Source of the DNA: Dehalococcoidales bacterium
GTDB lineage: Bacteria; Chloroflexota; Dehalococcoidia; Dehalococcoidales; RBG-16-60-22
Assembly: GCA_016930185.1 (NCBI GenBank)
Contig: JAFGHK010000033.1
Coordinates: forward strand, 4,034 to 68,033
DNA length: 64,000 nt
Direction: 5' to 3'
The notes under the pieces were generated by a model, which was not told where the DNA came from, did not search any database, and worked only from the letters and a program-made list of their open reading frames with translations. Both the position numbers and the translations under genes were made by a program. Below, piece by piece: positions 39,650 through 47,361 of this stretch. Position 1 is the first letter of the stretch, and every line of letters begins with the position of its first letter.

Positions 39650-40849
39650 TTGGCAAACTCCAAGCCCGGAAGACGGGTAAAGTCACTCTATAATCCTCCT
39701 TCGCTGCTATTCAAACAGGCCTTTTCTATTGCATACCATGGATGGATTAGCGGATGGGCCGGACTCCCCGGCTGGATGCTTAAGGGCAAAAAAGTCCTCG
39801 CCACATCCGCCGGCGCCACCGCCATCGGCTGTACCGGTTATCCCACTCATGTAGTCTGGGAGGTGACCACACGCTGTAATCTTAACTGCATCCACTGCTA
39901 CGCGAGTTCGGTGGACTCAATACAGGCGGAGCTAACGACCGCCGAGGGTAAAAAGCTACTGGATCAAATAGCCATAGTCGAAGATATACGCATGATTGTC
40001 ATCACTGGCGGCGAGCCTCTCTTAAGAGAGGACATCTTTGAGCTCATGGAGCATGCCGGGAAGTTAGGTTTTCATATCGTCTTCAGCACCAACGGGACAC
40101 TGCTGACACCGGATATGGCTAAAGACCTGGCACGGCTGGGCGTAGCCAATTTTTCTATCAGTCTGGACGGTTTTACCAGCGATTGTCACGAGTCGATACG
40201 ACGCAAGGAGGGCTGTTTTCAGGGCGCACTGGATGGCATCAAGGCCGCCGCACAGACCGGCGTCTGCCTGCAGGTCAATTTCACGGCGATGAAACAGAAC
40301 CTGGCCGAGTTGCCCGGTGTAATCGACCTTGCCGAATCACTGAAAGCGGATATCATCATGATTTTTCAGGCTATCCCTCCTCAAAAAGAAGGAGTGTCTC
40401 TTGAACTGGATGCGGAAGAACAAATGCACCTCATCAGGACAATCGCGGAAAAACAGAAAAAGACCCGCGCCCTGATAATGCCGGTCTGCTGCCCCGAGTA
40501 CTGGCCCTGGCTAGTGGAACAAAAGCGGTTTTCGCTAGGTAAGAGTATCCGGGAGAAAGCACTCGCCGGCTGCGGTGCCGGCCGCGGCTTTAGCTACATC
40601 AGGTTCGACGGCGAAGTATGGCCGTGCAATTTTATCCCCCTTTCAGCGGGTAACGTACGCCTGACGCCGTTCCAGGATATCTGGAACAACTCTCCGCTGC
40701 TGCAGGAGTTCCGCGGACAAACGCGGCGGTTGAAAGATACCTGCGGAGAATGCAGACATCAGAGTATCTGCGGCGGCTGCCGCGGTCGGGCCTTTGCCCA
40801 CACGTCAGACCCCTTTGCAGCCGACTCCGCCTGCCTGTTGGATCACTGA
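39650..40849 (+). CDS. radical SAM protein with a C-terminal SPASM domain
   Basis: 399 aa. The radical-SAM motif is CNLNCIHCY. The auxiliary-cluster region reads CGAGRGFSYIRFDGEVWPCNF..CGECRHQSICGGCRGRAF. Confidence 0.85.
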   Translation: MANSKPGRRVKSLYNPPSLLFKQAFSIAYHGWISGWAGLPGWMLKGKKVLATSAGATAIGCTGYPTHVVWEVTTRCNLNCIHCYASSVDSIQAELTTAEGKKLLDQIAIVEDIRMIVITGGEPLLREDIFELMEHAGKLGFHIVFSTNGTLLTPDMAKDLARLGVANFSISLDGFTSDCHESIRRKEGCFQGALDGIKAAAQTGVCLQVNFTAMKQNLAELPGVIDLAESLKADIIMIFQAIPPQKEGVSLELDAEEQMHLIRTIAEKQKKTRALIMPVCCPEYWPWLVEQKRFSLGKSIREKALAGCGAGRGFSYIRFDGEVWPCNFIPLSAGNVRLTPFQDIWNNSPLLQEFRGQTRRLKDTCGECRHQSICGGCRGRAFAHTSDPFAADSACLLDH

Positions 40850-40864
40850 AAACGGATTTAGTGT

Positions 40865-41554
40865 ATGATAAGGTTTATTCAAGGTGAACGCATCCCCTTA
40901 AGCGAAGACTCCTTTATCAACACCAGCACTGCGCAATTTTACGATGAACACGCCCGGCGCTTCATGGGGTCGGTCTATCGCCGGTTTGCCGTAAAGGCCG
41001 CGGGTATTAAAACTCCTGGAAAGCGGGTTCTGGACCTCGGCACCGGCAGCGGCCGTTTGGCAATCGAGCTGGCAAAAGCCCGCCCCGACTGGTTTATTAC
41101 AGGCAGCGATATCTCGGAAGAAATGCTGAAAATCGCCCGAACGAATGCCTCCCAAGCCGCTTTAACTGATAGAATCGATTTTCACCAGACCCCTGCGGAA
41201 TCGCTTCTCTTCACCGACGGCTGTTTCGACCTGGTGGTTAGCAACTCATCTCTCCATCTCTGGTCAGACCCCATCAAAGTATTTAACGAAATCGCCAGAG
41301 TAACCATGCCGGGCAGGTATTGCTTAATCTGGGATAATATGAGGTGTAACATACTTAATCCGTTCTTAAACCTGCTTGGATATGCAATGGGCATGAGTTC
41401 ATCGCAGCGCCGACTTTGGTTGCAGGCCATCCGTTCGTCTTACACTATCGGGGAGGTGAAGGCGCTCTTAAGAGAATCGGACCTCAAAGATGCCCGCGCG
41501 AAAATAGAACCCAGGTTTCTTGAGATTAGCATACAATGGAAAAAGCCCGTGTAA
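40865..41554 (+). CDS. class I SAM-dependent methyltransferase
   Basis: 229 aa with motif I VLDLGTGSGRLAIELA and a post-I acidic residue in GSDISEEML. Confidence 0.8.
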   Translation: MIRFIQGERIPLSEDSFINTSTAQFYDEHARRFMGSVYRRFAVKAAGIKTPGKRVLDLGTGSGRLAIELAKARPDWFITGSDISEEMLKIARTNASQAALTDRIDFHQTPAESLLFTDGCFDLVVSNSSLHLWSDPIKVFNEIARVTMPGRYCLIWDNMRCNILNPFLNLLGYAMGMSSSQRRLWLQAIRSSYTIGEVKALLRESDLKDARAKIEPRFLEISIQWKKPV

Positions 41555-41650
41555 TAATCATCCAGATATCTTTTCACTTAAAGCCTCCAAAATAAGTGAC
41601 AACTGGGCACTTTTTACCAATCTTTGTAAATGGCAACGTTCATGCAGGTG

Positions 41651-41680
41651 TTGACAATAATAAGCACTCTATTTTATAAT
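41651..41680 (+). promoter_or_regulatory. candidate promoter of the fur/zur-family gene (TTGACA-N18-TATAAT)
   Basis: TTGACA at 41651-41656 and TATAAT at 41675-41680. It is followed immediately by the repeat element at 41681-41699. Confidence 0.45.
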
Positions 41681-41699
41681 TGCAACCAGGTGCAATAAC
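41681..41699 (+). promoter_or_regulatory. candidate Fur/Zur operator copy 1 (TGCAA-N5-TGCAATAAC)
   Basis: TGCAAccaggTGCAATAAC lies directly downstream of the -10 box. The same architecture recurs at 42132-42150 upstream of the metal ABC importer. Confidence 0.45.
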
Positions 41700-41700
41700 A

Positions 41701-42114
41701 ATGAGTTGTGTTTCAACACTAAAGGCAAAAGGACTAAAACTGACTCCGCAAAGGATGATGATTGTTGATATCATCCACGACGCTAAGGAGCATCTAACCG
41801 CTGATGAGATAATTAGGCATATCCAGGCGAATATGCCCGGGGTCAATAAATCAACTGTCTATCGTACTCTATCACTTCTGGAACAATACGGCTGTGTATA
41901 TAAAAGTGAACTCAGTGAAGAATTGATATATCACCATGATGAAGTAGGCCACCATCATCACCTGATGTGCAGTCGGTGCGGAAATATAATCAAATGTGAT
42001 GAAGACCTGTTTATACCTTTAAAAAATCTGCTTATGGAGAAATATGGGTTCGACGCGAATTTCAAGCACATAGTAATGAGCGGATTTTGCGAAAAATGTA
42101 AAAATAATAATTAA
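41701..42114 (+). CDS. Fur-family metal-responsive repressor (Zur-like)
   Basis: The ATG at 41701 gives MSCVSTLKAKGLKLTPQRMMIVDIIHD..LTADEI..VNKSTVYRTL. The C-terminal region has HHHH..CSRCG..CEKC metal sites. Confidence 0.85.
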   Translation: MSCVSTLKAKGLKLTPQRMMIVDIIHDAKEHLTADEIIRHIQANMPGVNKSTVYRTLSLLEQYGCVYKSELSEELIYHHDEVGHHHHLMCSRCGNIIKCDEDLFIPLKNLLMEKYGFDANFKHIVMSGFCEKCKNNN

Positions 42115-42131
42115 ATTTTTTTCCTTATTAC

Positions 42132-42150
42132 TGCAATTTGTTGCAATAAC
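42132..42150 (+). promoter_or_regulatory. candidate Fur/Zur operator copy 2 (TGCAA-N5-TGCAATAAC)
   Basis: TGCAAtttgtTGCAATAAC lies 76 nt upstream of the substrate-binding protein ATG. The inner TGCAATTTGTTGCA is also an inverted repeat, and TATGAT follows at 42151-42156. Confidence 0.45.
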
Positions 42151-42225
42151 TATGATATGCAAATTTCCCTGGAGGCATATCAGGATAAAGCAAGTACTAA
42201 GTAAAGTTTGAGAGGAGAAAAAGGT

Positions 42226-43071
42226 ATGAAGAAATTAGGGTTTATTTTTGCCGTTATTCTGGTTTTAAGTCTGTCAGTGGGTATTTTCTTTAGCGGATGC
42301 GCCGCAGAAGACTCCGCAAAATTAAAGGTGGTAACCAGCACATCCCTGATTGCCCAGATAGCTGAACGTATCGGTGGCGATATGGTCAGCGTAACTAATG
42401 TAGTTCCTCCGGCGCAATGTCCCGGTCATTTTGATATCAAGCCGGGTGATGTTCAGATGCTGGCTAACGCACAGCTTTTCATTATCCATAACTGGCAGGG
42501 AGAAAAGTTCTCCGATGAATTGATTGCCTCGGCTAATAACGAAGACCTTGTTAAGGTTATGATTGAAGTGCCGGGCAACTGGATGACACCTCAGGTACAG
42601 CGTGAAGCCGCTGACAAAATCGCCGAAGCTCTTATTCAAATAGACCCCGATAACAGTACTTACTATCAAAATTCCGCTGATGAATATAAGGCCGAGGTAA
42701 CGGCCAAAGAATCGGAAATAAATTCAAGGCTAAGCCAGGTAAATTTATCAGCAATCAATGTCCTGTGCGATGAGCAGCAGACAGGTTTCGTTACGTGGAC
42801 AGGTCTTAATATAATCGCCACCTACGGCAGACCGGAGACATTCACTCCACAGGTGATCATAGACCTGGTTGACCAGGGTAGAGAAGGCAATGTTACCCTG
42901 ATTATCGACAACATGCAGTCGGGTGGAGAATCAGGCAAGTCCCTGGCAGAAGAACTCGGGGTAGCGCACATCGTACTTTCAAATTTCCCCGGTGGCTATG
43001 AGAATACCGATACATGGGAACAGGCTATCGATTTCAACATCGATTTGATTTTAAATGCAATCAATGATTAG
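42226..43071 (+). CDS. metal (Zn/Mn-type) ABC transporter substrate-binding lipoprotein, ZnuA/TroA family
   Basis: The ATG at 42226 gives MKKLGFIFAVILVLSLSVGIFFSGC, which contains a lipobox. The core motif VVTSTSLIAQIAERIGGD..CPGHFDIKPGD is typical of cluster A-I binding proteins. Confidence 0.75.
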   Translation: MKKLGFIFAVILVLSLSVGIFFSGCAAEDSAKLKVVTSTSLIAQIAERIGGDMVSVTNVVPPAQCPGHFDIKPGDVQMLANAQLFIIHNWQGEKFSDELIASANNEDLVKVMIEVPGNWMTPQVQREAADKIAEALIQIDPDNSTYYQNSADEYKAEVTAKESEINSRLSQVNLSAINVLCDEQQTGFVTWTGLNIIATYGRPETFTPQVIIDLVDQGREGNVTLIIDNMQSGGESGKSLAEELGVAHIVLSNFPGGYENTDTWEQAIDFNIDLILNAIND

Positions 43072-43080
43072 GATGCAATT

Positions 43081-43875
43081 ATGTTAGACACAAATAACAC
43101 AAACAGCTACTCCATAGACATCAATAACGCCGTAGTCTCTTTCCGAGAGGATATTGCGTTAAGAGGTGTTTCTCTCAAAGTAAAACATGGTGAATTCATT
43201 GGAGTCGTCGGTCCCAACGGAGCCGGCAAGACCACGTTACTTACTATCGTTAATGGGATGGGCAAGTTGCTCCACGGTCAGGTGATTGTACTCGGCCAAA
43301 ATCTGACTTCTGGTAACGGTCATTCACTGCGGAAAAAGGTCGGCTATGTAGCGCAGGTGGAGAGCATAGACCCCAGAATGCCGATGATTGTTCGCGAGGT
43401 AGCGATGATAGGTCGCTACGGCCGCCTTGGTTTGTTCAAGAGGCCGGGGAAAACCGATTGGGAAATTGTGGACAAGGCTCTAGAGTTGGTAGGCATGACG
43501 CATCTGGCAAGGCGTCCCATCGGGCATTTGTCCGGAGGAGAACAGCAGCGAGTCGCCATTGCACGCTGTCTGGTGCAGGAGCCTGAAATTTTCCTGCTTG
43601 ACGAGCCTACGGCCGCGCTGGATTGGAAAGCGAAAACCGACATCATGGAATTAGTCAAGCGTATACACGACTTGAGGGGACTGACCACTCTGTTTGTGAC
43701 TCATGATTTAAGCGCTCTGCCCATTGCCTGCGACCGTGTCATTCTGATGAAAGACGGCCTTATCTGGAACGAAGGTCCGCCCAAGGGTTTGCTGACCGAT
43801 GAAAAACTCGGGCAGCTTTATGATTTACCCGTTTCCGAGGTGGAAAAAAGGCGCCGAGAAGCTGTAATAATCTAG
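43081..43875 (+). CDS. metal ABC transporter ATP-binding protein (ZnuC-like)
   Basis: Walker A GPNGAGKTT, signature LSGGEQQRVAIARCL, Walker B FLLDEP. Confidence 0.85.
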   Translation: MLDTNNTNSYSIDINNAVVSFREDIALRGVSLKVKHGEFIGVVGPNGAGKTTLLTIVNGMGKLLHGQVIVLGQNLTSGNGHSLRKKVGYVAQVESIDPRMPMIVREVAMIGRYGRLGLFKRPGKTDWEIVDKALELVGMTHLARRPIGHLSGGEQQRVAIARCLVQEPEIFLLDEPTAALDWKAKTDIMELVKRIHDLRGLTTLFVTHDLSALPIACDRVILMKDGLIWNEGPPKGLLTDEKLGQLYDLPVSEVEKRRREAVII

Positions 43876-43894
43876 TATTATAAGGTCTGAATTT

Positions 43895-44743
43895 ATGGAT
43901 TTATCTATTTTTACTTACCCATTTATGCAGAACGCTATTCTTTCCGCCTTTCTCGGAGGCATCGCCTGCTCCGTTATCGGCGTTTTCGTAGTCCTGCTGC
44001 ATATGCCATTTATCGGTGTCTGCATGTCCCATGCCGCTTTCGCCGGGGCGCTCCTGGGTCTATGGCTGGGCTTTAATCCAATGATAGGGGCTTTTGTCTT
44101 TAGTCTCGGCGCCGCCGCTATCGTCGGTCCTCTTGCCGACCGCGGCGAACTGAATCCGGAGACATCGGTCGGGGTTATTTTTTCTCTCATGCTTGGCCTT
44201 GCCTTCCTCTTCATGGGGCTGATGTCCGGCCCTAAATCCGCGGCACTTGAGCTCCTTTGGGGCAGCATCCTTACTAACACACGCGGCGATATCGTGGTCC
44301 TGGCAATAGTAGCTGTACTGGTGGTAGGCATTATATTCGTATTTTATAAAGAGATTCAGGCAACGGTGTTTCAGCGTGACATGGCGCGCGCCGTAGGCAT
44401 ACCGGCAACGGTGATGCTTTACAGTATCCTTTTTCTGATGGGCGCTACCATCACCGCTTCGTTCAGTTCTATCGGCGGACTGCTTATCTTTAGCCTGATT
44501 CTCAATCCTGCCGCGGCGGCATACCAGCTTACTTACAGCATGAAAAAGATGTTTATCCTTTCCGCGGTATTCGGTGTTTTATCAGGCTGGATCGGGCTGC
44601 TTATTTCCTATTTTTTTAATATTCCCAGCGGCGCTACCATCGTGGTGACTTCATCGGTAATATTCTTACTCGCGGTAGTCTTCTCGCCCAAGCGTAAGGT
44701 GAAACGCTGGCAGACGAAACCTTTGGGAGATAATACACCTTGA
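43895..44743 (+). CDS. metal ABC transporter permease (ABC-3 / ZnuB-like)
   Basis: 282 aa and about 8 TM helices, with a typical ABC-3 family N-terminus (PFMQNAILSAFLGGIACSVIGVFVVL). Confidence 0.85.
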   Translation: MDLSIFTYPFMQNAILSAFLGGIACSVIGVFVVLLHMPFIGVCMSHAAFAGALLGLWLGFNPMIGAFVFSLGAAAIVGPLADRGELNPETSVGVIFSLMLGLAFLFMGLMSGPKSAALELLWGSILTNTRGDIVVLAIVAVLVVGIIFVFYKEIQATVFQRDMARAVGIPATVMLYSILFLMGATITASFSSIGGLLIFSLILNPAAAAYQLTYSMKKMFILSAVFGVLSGWIGLLISYFFNIPSGATIVVTSSVIFLLAVVFSPKRKVKRWQTKPLGDNTP

Positions 44744-45339
44744 GCAGGGATTTCTTTAATTCGAGAGCCGCTACCTGGGATGACGAAGTAGCGGAAAAAG
44801 ATGCATCCAGGTTGGAGGCCATGGCAGAACGCCTCGATATTAGGCTCGGAGCTTCCGTACTGGATATCGGCACAGGCACGGGAGTATTCGTGCCTTTTCT
44901 CCTCAACAAGATAGGCAGCGAGGGTAAGCTCGTTTGCCTCGACTTTGCCGAAGAGATGCTCAAGATAGCTAAGACAAAAGGCTTCAAGGGTAAAATCAGT
45001 TATTTATGTACCGACATCGAAAACAACCGCCTGGCCGACAATTCCTTTGATGCCGTTGTTTGCTATTCCGTCTTCCCGCACTTTAACGACAAAGTGAAAG
45101 CTTTCAAAGAAATCTACCGCTTACTTAAAAAAGGCGGTAACCTATTTATCTGCCATACTTCCAGTCGGCAGGCCATAAATGAAGTTCATCAAAGCATACC
45201 GGAGGTATGCAACCATCTCTTTCCAGAGAACGAAGATACGCGACGGATGTTATCCGAGGTTGGATTTGAAGACATCATTATTAACGACGGCAAAGATAAT
45301 TATATGGTCATTGCCCGAAAATTAGTAGTCGTTGTGTGA
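44740..45339 (+). CDS. class I SAM-dependent methyltransferase
   Basis: The TTG start overlaps the znuB-like stop (cTTGAg). The 199-aa protein has motif I VLDIGTGTGVF and the N-terminus FFNSRAATWD. Confidence 0.7.
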   Translation: MSRDFFNSRAATWDDEVAEKDASRLEAMAERLDIRLGASVLDIGTGTGVFVPFLLNKIGSEGKLVCLDFAEEMLKIAKTKGFKGKISYLCTDIENNRLADNSFDAVVCYSVFPHFNDKVKAFKEIYRLLKKGGNLFICHTSSRQAINEVHQSIPEVCNHLFPENEDTRRMLSEVGFEDIIINDGKDNYMVIARKLVVVV

Positions 45340-45629
45340 TATTCCCTACTCTGGTAGACTTACTTCAGAAATTCCCAGGTTACCGGTGAGTTGATATAGT
45401 GACTCATTTTTCCAACTTGACACCTATAATAAATGGGAGAGAGGTACGCATAATGAAGGCGATGGTTCTGAAGGAGATTTGTGAAATCAAGCTCGAAGGA
45501 AGAAGACGGCAAAGAGAAGACCTACCGCTGAAAGCAGAGCCTCTCGATTTTACCGGATTCTGTAGCCACAACAGGATTGTTTCTTTCACCCATAGGACTC
45601 TCCTTCTAGTAGGTTTTAATAAGTAAAAA

Positions 45630-46601
45630 TTAACTGTGTAAAGCCCGTTTTAGTGCCCGGTGTATATCAGAGACAAACCGTTTGGTAATATCAGCATTAG
45701 GCACGAGTATATCAAACGCATGGCAGCCGCCGGGATAGACATGGAGTTCAGTGGGGACGCCGGCGGTAATCAGTCTCCGCGCGTAATCAACGTCTTCCTC
45801 GGCAAACAGGTCGATATCTCCAACCGCGATATATGCCGGGGGAAGCCCTTCCAGACTTTCCGCTCTAAAAGCCGCCGCATAGCAGGCAATTCCAGCGCTA
45901 CCCGGCTCACAGCCGAGATAGGAACGCCATCCCTGCAGGCTATTTTCACGGGTCCAGAAGAGCGTATCCGGCAGGGCATCGCTGGCAGGAGTAACATTAC
46001 AGTCGTTAATCATGGGATAAATCAGCAATTGAAATGTTATTTGTAGTTCAGCCCGTTCACGTGCCAGAAGAGCCAGCCCGGCCGCAAGCCCACCACCCGC
46101 GCTAGCACCACCGACAGCAATGTGGGATGGGTCAAACTTTAGTTCGCGGGTATGAGCTGCCATCCATTTAAGGGCAGCGTAACAGTCTTCCAGAGGGGCG
46201 GGATAGGGGTTTTCCGGTGCCAGCCGGTATTCTACGGAGACGACTATGCAATCACCAGTTAAAGAGAATTGTTTAGCGGTAAAATCCTCCTGGTCGATTT
46301 CACCCAGCATATAACCACCGCCGTGAATCCAGAGCAGGGCAGGGAGCAGTCCCGATTGTTTTTCCGGCCAGTAGATTCTAACGGTAACGTCAGGTGCGCC
46401 TTTGGGGCCTGGAATAATTTTATCTTCTATAGTGACTCCCGGGATGACCGGTAATTGTGATTTCATTGCCGCCATCATTTGCTTAGAAGCAGCACGCGCG
46501 GCCGGTATATCATTAAAATCCGTTGGCGGCATCTGGCTTAACATCATCTTGATAGGGCCTTTGAGTTCCGGGTCTAATAGCTCGGTCAAATCACGCACCA
46601 C
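45630..46601 (-). CDS. alpha/beta hydrolase, hormone-sensitive-lipase-type esterase
   Basis: 323 aa with the oxyanion motif WIHGGGY, the nucleophile elbow GGASAGG and a C-terminal His (GGCHAF). Confidence 0.85.
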   Translation of the reverse strand: MVRDLTELLDPELKGPIKMMLSQMPPTDFNDIPAARAASKQMMAAMKSQLPVIPGVTIEDKIIPGPKGAPDVTVRIYWPEKQSGLLPALLWIHGGGYMLGEIDQEDFTAKQFSLTGDCIVVSVEYRLAPENPYPAPLEDCYAALKWMAAHTRELKFDPSHIAVGGASAGGGLAAGLALLARERAELQITFQLLIYPMINDCNVTPASDALPDTLFWTRENSLQGWRSYLGCEPGSAGIACYAAAFRAESLEGLPPAYIAVGDIDLFAEEDVDYARRLITAGVPTELHVYPGGCHAFDILVPNADITKRFVSDIHRALKRALHS

Positions 46602-46634
46602 ATATTCACTCCTGTTTCTATTAATAAGATATTC

Positions 46635-46812
46635 CTAACAACCCTGTGTGCTTCTGTATATGATGTCGTCCTGGATTTCCGGGGAAAGCATAACAAAGTA
46701 GGCGCTGAAGCCTCCCACCCTGACCACTAGGTCGCGGTGTTTCTCCGGATGGACTTTAGCATCGAGCAATTCTTCAGTATCCACCATATTGTACTGAATG
46801 TGCTGTCCGCCC
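46635..46812 (-). pseudogene. C-terminal remnant of a glycyl-radical enzyme (PFL-family Gly-radical domain only)
   Basis: The minus-strand translation is GGQHIQYNMVDTEELLDAKVHPEKHRDLVVRVGGFSAYFVMLSPEIQDDIIYRSTQGC*. It carries the glycyl-radical fingerprint RVxG[FY]SA.F. The frame is closed by TAG immediately upstream, at the point where the att-like repeat begins. Confidence 0.7.
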
Positions 46813-46822
46813 TATTTTCAAA

Positions 46823-46883
46823 GTATCAGAAGGTCGTCAATAGATTCGACCACTCGTGGCACTATTAAGGTATCAGAAGGTCG
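46823..46883 (+). repeat. two direct copies of GTATCAGAAGGTCG (46823-36 and 46870-83), related to the tRNA fragment
   Basis: The two 14-bp copies are exact and 47 bp apart. An 11-bp inverted match (CGACCTTCTGA, 46932-46942) lies inside the adjacent tRNA 3' fragment. Confidence 0.6.
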
Positions 46884-46907
46884 CGACCAAAAATTTCATA
46901 GCTAAAG

Positions 46908-46945
46908 TCGGGGCGGGCGGATTCGAACCGCCGACCTTCTGAACC
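46908..46945 (-). pseudogene. 3' fragment of a tRNA gene (tRNA-Pro-like T-arm and acceptor 3' strand); the 5' half is missing
   Basis: The minus strand reads ..TTCAGAAGGTCGGCGGTTCGAATCCGCCCGCCCCGA. This gives variable loop GGTC, T-arm GGCGG-TTCGAAT-CCGCC and acceptor 3' strand CGCCCCG plus A. No complementary CGGGGCG 5' strand or anticodon arm lies upstream. Confidence 0.65.
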
Positions 46946-47172
46946 CCATGTGTGCCCTGAAAAAGGCAGAGGCCGCTTGCCTCCTTTTCAAAGGAAATTA
47001 TAGACAGAATATTATCCTCAAGTCAATATCTCCAGTACATTTTATATTACATCTTAGTAGTTCCATATTCTTTTGGAGGATAATATATTCATTCTATCAG
47101 CGAACCTCTCGAAGATATGTTTTTCTCTTAGCTACAATCTGGGGAAAAAACTGATAATGTGACAAATTTATA

Positions 47173-47201
47173 TTGACAAACTGATTAAAAAATTATAGAA
47201 T
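47173..47201 (+). promoter_or_regulatory. candidate promoter of the Rhs toxin gene (TTGACA-N17-TAGAAT)
   Basis: TTGACA at 47173-47178 and TAGAAT at 47196-47201 with a 17-nt spacer, about 160 nt upstream of the ATG at 47362. Confidence 0.45.
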
Positions 47202-47361
47202 GCCCAATTAGTTACAGATTTAATCTTTTATACCAATTCCTCATTTTCTTCATTTCGTACTAATCCCCACCTTCAGACACTAAACCCGACACAGGCAGTA
47301 AGCCAATACCAGAGTAAATATTTGATTTTCTCGTTAAGTTTCCTGCTGTTAGGGGGAGTAT

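Noticed and set aside
45399-45626. ORF beginning ..MKAMVLKEICEIKLEG.., reminiscent of zinc alcohol dehydrogenase N-termini. It could be a gene remnant between the methyltransferase and the esterase.
   Set aside because: The similarity covers only about 8-15 residues and then dissolves into low-complexity sequence. That is too little to call a pseudogene.
46908-46990. Possibility of a complete tRNA (Pro) gene on the minus strand.
   Set aside because: Only the variable loop, T-arm and 3' acceptor strand are present. The ~40 nt upstream contain no complementary acceptor 5' strand (CGGGGCG), D-arm or anticodon arm. They contain instead a GAGGC/GCCTC hairpin with T-runs.
46948-47154. 68-aa ORF in the AT-rich spacer before the Rhs gene.
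   Set aside because: It has no RBS, its sequence is low-complexity and hydrophobic, and it overlaps the tRNA-fragment/hairpin region. It is most likely non-coding.
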